A stretch of DNA of 64,000 nt, taken from Prorocentrum cordatum. Taxonomy: Eukaryota. Below the pieces are notes generated by a model. That model made no database searches. It saw only the letters and a program-made list of their open reading frames with translations, and was not told the DNA's origin. The stretch is taken from contig CAUYUJ010000303.1 of assembly GCA_963575745.1 (NCBI GenBank), forward strand, positions 434,001 through 498,000, in the 5' to 3' direction. Shown here in pieces: positions 25,420 to 45,110 of this stretch; positions within the stretch are counted from its first letter, which is position 1, and every line of letters starts with the position of its first letter. The position numbers were made by a program, and so were the translations under genes.

Positions 25420-27935
25420 GGGCGTGCGGTTGTTGGATGGCGCTGCCCTTTTCTTGGCCCTCGCCCTCCTCCTCGCAAGCTTCTCGGCAGCTGTGTCCTT
25501 CTCCAAGAGTGCTGCCACCCTCGACCTCTTCCTCATGATCTGGCCATCGCTCATCAACAAGTTAATCCTGTCCATGAATATAGCCTTCTGCTGCGCGGCC
25601 TTCCACGCGTTCCACAGGGTCTCGCAGTATCCCATCGGATAATGCTCTGTGGAACTCAGCTCCTCCACGAAGAGAGGCGGGGGGGGGGAGAGGATGGGCT
25701 CTTGCACAGTGGGGCAGGGGGCCGAGCAGTAGTGTGACCAGAACCCCGAGGATCGCATAACAAATCGCAACTTGCGTTCTGCGCGCGCACGCGCGCAGAT
25801 ACTGGCGCGCACGTGCTGGATCCGAGTGCTGCCTACATCGTCGCCTCGCGATGCTAGGGGGTCAGAGTGACCCCCTCCTCCCCATGGTGTCGTCACCAGA
25901 CCCGACACTTCCCATATGTTGTGCTTGTCGCACTGCCCTTGAACGCCCCACTGCAGTTTCTCCTGGCTCCTCCGTCTCGTTCTCTTCGTCTCCCCCTTCC
26001 TCCGTCTCGCTCTCTTTGGCATCGTTTCTCCGCGCCCTCTGCCCCCCCCCCCCCCTCTCCCTGTCCCCCAGGAATGGTTCCAAGGTGGGAACGGGAACGA
26101 TGGCGGAGGTAGGTCGGGGGTGCGGGTGGGCACCCCTCTGCCCCCCCGTTCCTCTTTATTCCTCCCTGCCCCGCAAGAGAAACGATGCTTGTCCTTGCCG
26201 CCGACGACCCACCCTCGAATCTCCGTGTGGAACCGATCCCTGTCCGACTTCTTGGAGCTGCATGTCGGGCGTTTCTTCGCCAGCATGTTGTGAACAGTGG
26301 AAGGTAAAGTAGTGATGGGGTTGCGCGCTTTCGGGATGAGCGGCCTGGGCTGGAACGCGCCCATGTATGTGAGAATCGTAGACGCACCCAGCAGCGCCAT
26401 CACAGTCTGCATGGCCGGGTGTTCGTCCATCCTGCTCTGAAGCGGTTTCTCCATCAATATCCATGCGCGCCTCACGTGCGCCAGAGTCGCAAGATAAGCA
26501 GCAAACTGGAGCTGGACGTTCGCGGACGCGACCTTCGGGCAATCCTCAGCCGCCCACTTTTACATTTAATGGCATGTGCCATGCGTTAGCCCGTCGCCCC
26601 CCGCATCACCATCATCATGACCAGCATGCGCAGCATCACCATCACCACCATGGCCACGAATGCCACTAGCATCATCAGTAGCAACACCAACGTCTTCAAC
26701 ACCATCATCAGCACCACCGCCACCGCCACCACCATCACCACCATCATCACCCTCAGCATCATCATCACCACCAACACCTTCGCCATGACAATCATCATCA
26801 GTGGCATCACCATCGGTATTGGCATCATCATCATCATCATCATCATCACCATCACTATCATCATCATATTTATCACCACCATCATCAGCAGCAGCATCAT
26901 CATCACCGCCATCATCGTTGACATCGTCATCACCATCATCATCTCCACCACCACCACCACCATCACCACCTTCACCAGCACTGCCATCATCCATCCCTTG
27001 CTCGCCGATGACGCGCTCGTCCCGTTTATCATGTCTGCCGTGCTAGTCATCCCTTCATCGGGCCCCGAATCGAACGCACCCCCAATTGCTACGCAGCGGC
27101 TTGCAATCATCAGTGCTGCGCGCCGTCCGTGATTCCCTGTGCGTTGTGCCCATCCCCCTCCCTGTCCTTTTCCACCCCTGCTCCTTCTCTGATGTTTTTT
27201 TTTTTTTTTTTTTTTTTCAACGGTTATCATTTTATCTTCCACCCCTACCATGATTCCGTCCCGCCTCCTTCCCCTCATCCTACCTGGCGCGCGCCGTCGT
27301 CTGGGCGCACCCTCTGCTGCGTTGCTCGCATGCTCTGCCCCGTCGCCCCTCATCGCCGAAAATATTACGCACGTCCCGCTTGTGCCCCGTGGCGTTGATG
27401 AAGCGAGGCCAGCTGCGGCGCTCCAACTGCGGGGGGTCGGCGGGGCGACTGGGATGCCAGATGGGCGCGGAAGAGTTGCGCGGCGAGGAGGGGGAAAAGG
27501 TCGAGGTGGAGGGGCGCGTTGGAGGAGGACGCGGGGGACGCGGACGAGGGGGAGGAGGAGGAGGAGGAGGAGGGGGAGGAGGAGGATGGGGATGAGGAAG
27601 GGCAGGGCCGAGGAGGAGAAGGAGGACGTACCAACCAACAGAAACAACACCCTCCTCTCTGCTCACCCCGCTTGCTTGGACAACGTCAGCTCACTCCAAT
27701 ATCCCGCTGACAAATCGCCCCCGACTGCGCCCCCAGCGGCTGGCCACCGCAATAGTAAGTAGACCGCCTTCCTTCAGGCGCAGCACTGTGAAACTAGCAT
27801 GCAGTTGGCCCTCGAGGCTGGTAAGATCCTCCTCGATGTGGCGGGCATGCTTGTCGAATTCCATGGTGTTCCCGCCTGCCTCCCGAAATACTTTGGATTG
27901 CAGACCACACCCTGAGCAAACCTTAGTTTGAGCTG
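25420..27935 (-). pseudogene. Multi-exon cytosine-C5 methyltransferase-like gene, degenerate
   Basis: Exon pieces read VCSGCG..MEFDK..EDLTSLEG..LRLKEGGLLTIA|LERRSWPRFINATGHKR..NIFGDE, then KVASANVQ..WILMEKPLQS..HP..TYMGAF, then GGK|ELSSTEHYP..C. These follow the order of C5-MTase motifs I-III, IV, VI and the C-terminal YP motif. Candidate in-frame introns are 27747-27427 (GT-AG) and 26193-25663 (GA-AG). Confidence 0.5.
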
Positions 27936-28720
27936 TTTTTTTTGTTTTTTTATATACAAACCATTCTTTGTTTAAAAAAATCGATGGCACGTAGCTCGCA
28001 TTTCGGATCGATCGCGTCGGACCACATTCCTACCAATGCTTCCTCAATCACAAACGTGCTTGCCAAACATGCAACCGTTCGCCAAAGGCGGCCAGCGGGC
28101 GTTCGACGTCGAGCCACCAACGTGAGAACATACTCAGAATGATGCGACCACTTTGCCGCTTGCACAGAGGTGAGGCCAGGCGGCTGGGAGAACGATGCTC
28201 GAAGAAATGCCCCCCGCGTGGCGCCGCCCGCCCACGTCATCCCACTCTACCTGCAGTTTCCTCCATCATCCACCCCACTTCCTTGCTGTGCGATCGGGCA
28301 CACTTAGGAGAACTTTTCAAAAGCGTCCAAATCTCTAGGTGCAGAATTCATGTGGCTGTTGACGAAGTCCGTCACCGCCTCCAGCTGCTGCAGCGGCGTC
28401 ATGTCGCCCCCGCTGCACTCTCTAATTAGAACCGCATAGCCCTTGATCTCGTCAGGGGCCCCGAGGTTGCCACCTCCCCACAGCCGCAAAAAAAGCTTTC
28501 TGAACCAGCAGAACCGCACATGTATCAACGCAGTCCCGCAAGACACAAGGATTGCACAGAGCGGGGTGATGGATTGGTGAGCTTCTTTTCCACCGCCTTC
28601 ACCATAAGTAGGAGGGGGAATGAGGCCACTCTCTTCCTCTTCATCCTCAGCCTACACCTCCTTCGCCCGGCCAATGCATGGTGGTGGCTGTGGAAAACAA
28701 GCCCGCCACGGCAAATTTAT

Positions 28721-28901
28721 AGTAAGGACGCGTGGTAAGGGCGCAAGACCCTTGGAGGCAGAAGTTGAAGTATTCTGGGCGGCAGGCGGCCACCCCCAGG
28801 GAACCTGAGAAACTGGCTTGCGAAAATTGCTAGGGGCGGGCCGCAGAGGCTGAGGCAGGCAAGGACCCAAGGGCACCCTTGAAAACGTAGTTTGTCCGTA
28901 C
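28721..28901. repeat. ~180-bp direct repeat, copy 1
   Basis: AGTAAGGACGCGTGGTAAGG..CAAGACCCTTGGAGGC..GCAGAGGCTGAGGCAGGCAAGGACCCAAGGG.ACCCTTGAAAA recurs at 35828-36010. Confidence 0.88.
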
Positions 28902-29427
28902 TACGCGCGCTGCCCTGGCCGCGGACAAGCATGAGAGCACCCGACGAGTCAATGCGCACCCGAGCGCGCGTTGCAACAAATCTAGCAATCGGCCGACGAA
29001 CCACGATGAACTGAGCGACGTCAACAACACCCGCGGCAGGGAGGACTGCTGAGGGAGGAGCACTGCCCTCTCCCACCTTGCGCATAGCTGCCGCGAGCGC
29101 GTGCGGCAGGGTCAAAAAGCTGACGAACGGCCTTTGACTGCTTTGGGGCCTGCAGGGGGTGAGCTGCGACACTCGAGCGCCCAAATGGCCCCGAGGTGGG
29201 GCTTCAACTGCTTCGACTAAGAACACCCAGTGGGGCCGAACTCTGGGGGCGGGAGGCGGGGGGTGGCGCGCGGCACAGGGAGGGGCGTTGCTGGGCCAGG
29301 GGGCGGGGGTGCACACAGGGCGGCGCAGTTGAAGGACGATGGGGAGAAGGAGAGGAAAGTGCAACGTCGGTTTCGATCCTGGTAGGTGGAGAACAGGGGT
29401 CATGCATGGGGCGGGGCTGGGAAGGGG

Positions 29428-30019
29428 CTTTTTTTTTTTTTTTTTTTTTTTTGTTTTTTTTTTTTTATTTTATTTTTTTTTTCTTTTTTTTTTTCTTTTT
29501 TTTTATTTTCCTTTTTGTTTTTTTTTTTTTTTTCATTTTCTTTTCTTTTTTTTTTTTCTTTTTTTTGTTTTTTTTTTATCTTTTTTTTTTTTTTTTTTTT
29601 TTTTTGTTTTTTTTTTTTTTTTTTTGTTTTTTTTTTTTTTTTTTTATTTTTTTTTTCTTCTTTTTTCTTTGTTTTTTGTTATTATTTCAATGTGTCTGGC
29701 CCGCGCTGGCCTGTCGCGGGCTCTTGCGCGACGCAGCTGCCTCCATCGTTGGCCAGGCCACTCCAAAGTGGGAGCTCGAACTACTGCGTGCTGGTCGATG
29801 GGGGTCTCGATCCCAAAAACATGGACTACTATTGTTTCGTGTTGCTCTACAGCGTTACTGATGATTGGGGTGGCATTCCCGGGGGCGTGCTCTCCCCAGA
29901 AACTTGCAATTGTCAATTGTTTCACCCCTCCTGCTCAGGTTGCCCCCCCCCCCCCCCCTCGAGCCTGCCGCGTGCCCCCCCCCACCCCCCCCCCCCACAC
30001 ACACACACACCACACACAC

Positions 30020-30071
<52 letters not shown>

Positions 30072-30117
30072 ACACACACACACACGCACACACACCACAC
30101 ACACACACACACACACA

Positions 30118-30149
<32 letters not shown>

Positions 30150-30166
30150 ACCACACACACACACAC

Positions 30167-30211
<45 letters not shown>

Positions 30212-30220
30212 CACACACCA

Positions 30221-30286
<66 letters not shown>
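29428..30286. repeat. Degenerate poly-T (29428-29685) and (CA)n (29996-30286) tracts
   Basis: Directly visible. Confidence 0.9.
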
Positions 30287-30290
<4 letters not shown>

Positions 30291-30294
30291 ATTC

Positions 30295-33280
30295 TGATCC
30301 CGCGGGCCTCTCGCAAGGTACCACCACTTTCGAAACACCATTCTTTCGAGCCGCGCCCTGTGCGCCGAGGCAGCTATGGACGCGACCACGCCATTCATTT
30401 CCTCATCAATGTACGTGTGGTAGTAGTGAGGTGAACCTTTTACCCGTATCATTTCGGTGAGATGTCGAAACAAATGGTGTTTCGGTAGGATTGGAGCGCC
30501 TCCGATGCCCGCGAGGTTACAATGCATTGCCGCAAACGCTTCCAAGTCATCGCACACATCGGCTGGCACTTTACGGGGCTGCTTCTCTAGCAAGTCACAC
30601 CACTTCACCAGAGCAACGCCAGCCTGCAGCAATACGTTTGCTCTCTCCACGTCTGCGCATTTATTGCCAAACTCCTCCACCAACCAAACCGAAAAGAAGA
30701 ACAACCATTTGGATTCTGCTGCCTTCGTGCTTATCGAGGGGCTGGCTTTCGAACCGATCATCCCTTCTGTGATGTTCCCCACCCTGGTAACCTGGGACTC
30801 TTGGAGCCCCCGCCGATCCCTCTCTTTGGGGTGCCACTCTGCCAAGATAATCATAATGTTCTGCAGGCCGACCGAAACAAGATCGTCCTGAGTAGAAAGC
30901 TTAAGACCGAAAACGTTCGCTAGCAAGAGCCTCCAGAAAACAGTGCCGACATATACTTTCATGATGCCTGAACGGACGCAGTGCATCTCATCGATGCTGA
31001 ATGATGTAATGCCTATTCCCAGCGACGCGTCGAGCAATGTATTGCGATGGTGCACCTTAGCATCCTGCGTTGGCCTCCAGAAACAGATCAGGGCAGGGCA
31101 CTCTTCTAAATTGCTAAGCTTATCAAAGTCCATGGTGTCCAACATAGAAGGTATGGCCACGAGGCGATCGTCTTGTTTTAAGCCCAGCTCTGGGATATCC
31201 GGTGGTAGTGCCCTCCCCTTGTGCTTCTTCTTGACTACTAACCTCCACCTCACCTTCCGATGCAGCTCAGAAGAGTCTAAGATAACCCACTTCTCATGGC
31301 TCCTGCATTCGGTATCTTAGCAATTCGGCCCGTGTGGCAGCAACGGGTTTCGAAGGTCGTGGCCCCTCAACTCTGATTGGGGGCAACTGCAAAAAATGCA
31401 CGGCGCGGCATTGTGGGCGCAAGTCGGGGAGCCCATGCTCGTGCTCATCTCGGGCCAAATCGGCCTTGATATCGACGACCACTGCGCGAAATCCAAGCTC
31501 CTGCCCGAGTGATTTTACGTGGTTTTCTTCCAGAAGATCGCAGTGCCCCCTCTTTCTCATTGTCTTATTCCTCCTCCTCCTCCTCCTCCTCCTCCTCTTC
31601 CGCCTCTGCCTCCTCCTCGCTCCTCATGGTCGGCGTCGAATGCCCTTCCCTCCCCAATCTCAGAATCTCACCACAACTCGCATCCACCGCGTTACACTCC
31701 ACCCTTTCACTGATGAGGACTGGCGACAAGGGGGGGGGGGAGAGGCTGAAGCGCTGCTTCGCTCGCGCCCAGACTGCAGCCTATCACATCAACGGCACGC
31801 GCCCATCACTGGCCCGCAGTCGCACTTGCTCGGAGGGTACGCGCGAGAGGACGCAAGACCCTTCTGAGGGCCACATTGCCACGGGAATGTAGACGACATT
31901 GGCCGCGAAACAGAGAATGCACGGGCGCCCTTGATTTGGCAGGGCCGACCTACTAATCAGGGCCGACTGTGCTTTTTTTCTGCCCTCGACCACGGGCGCG
32001 CAGGGCATGTCGCGAGGCAGCGCCCCCCGACCCTAACGTTGCGGGGCGCCTCGGCGAGGCGCAAGCAGTCGGACGAGGGCGGGGCGCCACGGGGAGAGAG
32101 CGAGGATGACAGCGAGGGGGCAGGGCGCAGAAAGATGATCGATGGGGAGAGTAGGGGGGCGCCCCCCAAACCGGATGAGCGATGGAACGGGGCACCGCGG
32201 CGGCGAGGAGAATGGATGCATGGCCCCGCGAACACAAGGGCCCCCGCGCCCCCCCGCTCTCTTCGCGAGCCGTTCGCCCATGTTGCGATCAGCCCCCGCT
32301 CTCTTCGAGGGCAGTCCACTCCTCCTGCGCTCGAACCGAACGCCCCCCCCCCCATCCCCCTGCAAGTGGCAGCACAACACGTCGCGCCCGCGTGCCCTGC
32401 AAATGCAACCACTGCTGCAACCCTCCCGCCCCTGTCCAGATCTTGCGCACCGCTTTGACTCGAACGGCAGCCACGGAGACCCGTCGTGGCGCTCGCTTGG
32501 GAATGTACCATTCGCTAGTGCTGATAGACTCCAGTGCAACAGCGTATACACAACATGCATTGAACAGTAATGACTGCATCCGCAGTCGCACAGGTCGCCC
32601 GTGCGCAGAGCCAGCAGAAGATGTCTTCTCCCAGAGCTCAAGAGATGACAGCTGATACTCCAAAAACTCTCGGTCTTAGTACATGGTGTCTTGTCCATGT
32701 ATATTGCTATGGGCAGGGTTTTCAATCGCTCTTCGGGCGTGAGTTGTTTGACGATGTCGTGATCTTCGTATGCAGATATCCACTCAGCATCATGTACGTG
32801 CTCAGCCCAGTCCGTCAATATTGACAGGTCGTTTGAAACCTCATCGAACAAAACTTCGTGCGGTAGTGATGCATGCACGGTCTGAGGCGTGCGCTCGATA
32901 TCTCCCCTCGCTAGACCAGGTATGTCGAACGCATAAAGCATGTCGTCGAATTGTGCGAAACCTAATGCAGTCTCTAATTTCCTGTGGAAGTGTCCTGTTT
33001 TTGACGCGGCAGGCAATTTATATTTGAAAGCGTCTTCTACCCCGCAACCATATGCATACCCGCACAAAACGCACACTGAGCGTGCAGTCACTCGTTTCCC
33101 TGTCAAGTAATGGTCAAGCAACTCCTCGATAAACAAATGACTGCTTTCCTTTGCTTTTGCTTTCCTCTCAGCTTCTCGCGACGGGTCTTGTTTCCATTCT
33201 GGTTGTTCCCATGGCCGAGGGGGCGAAAGGCCGCGCTTGGGCATTGCGCGCTTGATCTGAAATGCCCAAATGCTTGACAT
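30295..33280 (-). pseudogene. CACTA/Plavaka-type DDE transposase, two exons, disrupted
   Basis: PIAIYMDK (first Asp), CDCGC..C..WS..AL..G.FP..RHD, VDIKAD(W) (second Asp), PCIFC, IDEMH, TKAAE, PKHHLFRHL..GSP..Y.TYIDE..NG (Glu region). Probable intron ~32430-31502. An extra base at ~31458 and an in-frame TAA at 31319-31317. Confidence 0.68.
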
Positions 33281-34653
33281 CAGCCCACAACGCAGTGCAA
33301 TTCAAATCATCAATATCACCCAGAATTCGTAATAATGTGTTCCACTCTGGCTGCGATTCGCATCGCTACTCACCCCGCCCCCTATCATGCGCCCTTCGGG
33401 TACCTCTCGGGCAGTCAAGGCGCGCCTGAAGCAGGCCACACTTCGAGAGGCGCTGGAGTCAAGGGGCGCCCCGCGGCGAACAGGGCGAGAGACGATGATG
33501 CGGAGGGGGAAATGCTGCGCAGGGGCGGGGGGTGGGATGTTGCGCGGCGTAATGCGCCCTGCGAAATGCTTCAGAAATCATGGTTTAAGAAATTCATAGT
33601 CTCAGAATCGGAATAAAAAAACACTAAAGTTCTACTACGCTTTTAGGATTTACATTGAAACAGTAAGACTAATCAAGACTCTGGCCGAAACCTTCCGTTT
33701 TCTTAAGCGTCGCCTAGGGTGTAGGGTGCACAGGGCGGGGGGGGGCGGGGCAAGCGGGGTAATAGGTCGGGAGTGCAGTAGTTATCTGACTTCTCCCTAG
33801 TAGAAAACTCCATGGATCGAGCGAACCATTGCACGCTCGATTGCCCCACAAAAACGGCGAGAATCGAGCCGACGTTCTTTCCTCGCAAGAGCCTCGCACG
33901 AGGCGCATATAAGTCATGCCGCAATTGGCCATGGCTGCTGGAGGAGCGGACTCTGAGCGAGAGTGAAATCATTCTGCTGTCAGAATGAACGCATTATAAG
34001 GAACGGTCTGGCCATGGCGGGCCTTGGCCACGAATGGGATCCACGACGTGAATCTACTGAACGGCCCGAAAACTGGCACCCGAATATGTCCTCACTCCAG
34101 CGTCTTAACTTCACGGAACGAGGAGAGCAGAAACGCTGGAAAAATGGCCATCTGAGACACTGCGCACTTTCCCCACAAGGCGTCGCGAGAGCGGCTTGAA
34201 GTGCGCTGCTTCTTATCGCGCAGAAATGCTTCAAAAAGAAACGCCTCATTGTCATTCTCGCCCTCATCAGGCACCTCTCAACTGATAGATGTTTCCGCGA
34301 CTATTCCCCTGGAGAGCGGTGGGAATGATGACCGGCGCAGACGCGAGGTTGGCGCCGTGGGAAAGCAGGGGCCCGATTGAAAGGGGGGGGGAAGGGAAGG
34401 AGGGGGCGGAACTGAAGGGAAGCCCTGGGCAGGAGGAGTGGAAGCGGAGGAGGGGCAGGGCGAGGAGAGGGTTGGATGAGCAGGGAAAGGGTGAACTTGT
34501 TTCGAGGATCAAGCGCACATGGCACTCGGATTTCTAACGCCAGGCATTTTCCAGTTTTTTCCGGATGATTTCTCGGAGCTCTCCGGAGCTCTGCAGAGTT
34601 CATCGGAGTTCATCGCTGTTCATCGCGGAGTTCATCGCCCATGATTTTTGTGT

Positions 34654-34689
<36 letters not shown>

Positions 34690-35404
34690 TTGTGCAGCTG
34701 TTTCATCGGGGATCACCGGTTCAGAGTTCATCGGTAGTGTTTCGGTGGGGGAACCGGAGCCTCGCCAGCCGAATTGGCCGCGCCCTCACCCTCTTCCCCT
34801 CCTAGCTCTCTGTCACCTGTTGCTGGGTTCCCTGGGGGCCATGCAATGAGTGCACCCCGCTGCTGAGCTCTATGCTAGTACAGTCTAGCCCGCTGCAGCT
34901 GCCTGATCCCTACTGTGCTTATTTCTTAGCCCACTTGTTGTTCAACGCGTGCTGCTCGTTGATGATCTGGTTCAGCTGGATAAGCTCGTCCACAGGCTGA
35001 GTCATCCTGCCCCCCCCCCCCATCTATCCACTGGCGCCAGATGAGCAAGGAGGGGCGGGACAAGGCTCGCATCGAGAGGCGGGGGGGCGGGATGAGGGGG
35101 CAGGGATGGGGGAGGGAAGGGGCAGATGAGTGGCGAGAGGGGCGGGATCGAGTCCTTCGCATTCAGTCGCGGTCTCGTTTTTGGATGAGGGCGAGAAGAA
35201 CGGAAGTCGGACGAGTGGGAGTGTTGCGGTCGAGTGCAATCAGATCGAGTTCTGAATTGTAAGCTTCTAGTTGGCTTGATGTATGTATCACTGTTCTCTG
35301 GCTGTGATCACATCTTGTGATCTATAACTATATAGAATTACGTGTACATGTGTGCGTCGTGTTGTATATATAAGTATGACTAACGGTGTGTAGACATATC
35401 TGCA

Positions 35405-42900
<7,496 letters not shown>

Positions 42901-43956
42901 TCGACCCCCCTCATCCCCACCCCCCTCCTCCCCCTGTCTCAGAACGCTGACTCCCACGGTGCCCCAGAGAGAAAACATGGAATGGGGGAGCCGCAAGGGG
43001 GGTGGGGGGGGGAGGGGGCGGAGGAGAAGGCCCCATTCGACTAAATTCACTCGCCCTTCAAACCTCGTCGCTGGACCCGTCCAAGTCGATGACACCAACG
43101 GGTTGCTGACCCGCCGTCGCCCTCATCACCTCAGCCACTGCAGTCGCCACCGAAATCTCCCTGATTAACCTCGTGCCGCACGGTGCCGTCTAGTTTGAAA
43201 TTGCTGCCCTGAAACGCCACGAAGTCCCTGCCCCTGCCGCTCTGAGGCATCGGATCGCCGCTGCCGGCGCCGCGGTGTGAGGACATGTGGCCTATAATAT
43301 GTAGATCGGCCAATGTTCGTTGCTTGGGCCAAGTCGTTCTCGAGGAAAGGGTCATGGGCAGGAAGGGCCAGGGCGACTGATCGCGGCTGTCTGGGCTGAG
43401 TTGCAATGGCATTCGTGATTCCACTGGTTAATACAATCAACCCGCAGAACATGGATGCGCGATAAGGTCGCAAGGGCATTGGACGCCCATGTCGAAGCTT
43501 CCCGAGCGGGGCGCGGCCAACGGAAGTGCCCAAGGATGGGCCCAGGAAGCAAGGATGCAAGGGTACCCTTGGGAGGGATGCCCATCCTTACTCTGCGGGT
43601 TGACGGTGTCCGTAGATCCCACGGTCAAGCCGCCTCTTCCAAACCATTGGCTTGCGCGCCATATCTTAGCATGGCTCCCGCGCCCAGTCCTGCGACTGCG
43701 CGCTAAACATCGTTTCCAGACGGGCTGCCCCCTCAACCCCTGCGCCCGCGATCCTCTTGCGCCCTCCTCGCACGCACAGTCTGGGGTGCTTCGCCTCCAG
43801 CGGCAGTGGCCAAATACTCGACACACGCGGCCGTCGTACTAATCCATCCAACCATCCAGTTCTCTCTCTTTCTCTCCCTCTTTCTCTTTCTTTTTCTCTC
43901 TGTCTCTCGCTCCCCCCTCTCTCTCTCGATCTCTCTTTCTTTTTTTTTTTTTTGTT

Positions 43957-43994
<38 letters not shown>

Positions 43995-44036
43995 TCTCTT
44001 TCTTCTCTCTTTCTCTCTCTCTATTATCTCTATTTT

Positions 44037-44151
<115 letters not shown>

Positions 44152-44840
44152 GCTCTATCTACCTGTCTCTCATTCTATGCGCGCCCTTCGAGATATACAT
44201 GCAGTCAGGCGCGATTTTTTCCGGGGGGGGGAGGGGCGTGGTCGGACGCAAAACCATTGTTTAGGGCTGTGAAAGCAGGATCGACCTACTCATCGCACCG
44301 ACTGTACACGTATATACACCCCTGTCTCCATTTCTGCTTGCAAACAAGCGCGACGGCAGTGCGAGGTCGAGCCGCCCCCTGGCTGGGGGGGAGTCAGTCT
44401 GACTCGGTCTTCTTCTGACCTTCATCATGATCATCTCGACCACCTCCCCATCCCCGCGATTGCAAACGGTGGGTCGTCGACACTGGGAATTGGCTTGGCA
44501 ACGCATCGGAATGCGTTGCCAAGCCAATCATAGCATCGACGACTGAATGAGAGAATGACGAGGATGACATGGCTGAGAAACGATGGAATCAGGCATGACG
44601 AGCACGACGAGGATGACATGGCTGAGAAACGAAGGATGACTAGGAGACGCGACGAGAATGAGCATAGGAATGGCTGAGAAACGATGGCGGGGAGGCAGCG
44701 CCCCTGCACCGCCGCCCCACCTGGCGCAGCTGCAGTCAGCTGTTCCACCTCCTTGTCCCGCGACTCGTACACATTGTCGGCGTTGATCTGGCCTCCCTCC
44801 CTTTTCCTCACGCTCGATCTCTTTCGCTCGGTTGTTTTTT

Positions 44841-44892
<52 letters not shown>

Positions 44893-44897
44893 ATTTG

Positions 44898-44949
<52 letters not shown>

Positions 44950-45110
44950 CTCTCTCTAGTCTCGGCTCGAGAGTGCCCTGCACTCAGACCGCAGCCGCGA
45001 CGCGAAGCGCCCCGCCTCGGAGTCAGACTCCCAGGCCTCGCGAGACCGGAGGGGTCCCAGCAGGACCCTACTGATTCGCGTCACCTCTCTCCCACCAGAG
45101 CGCCCGCCGC

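Noticed and set aside
29196..30460. Phe-rich and His/Thr-rich membrane-like ORFs
   Set aside because: Translations of poly-T and (CA)n tracts.
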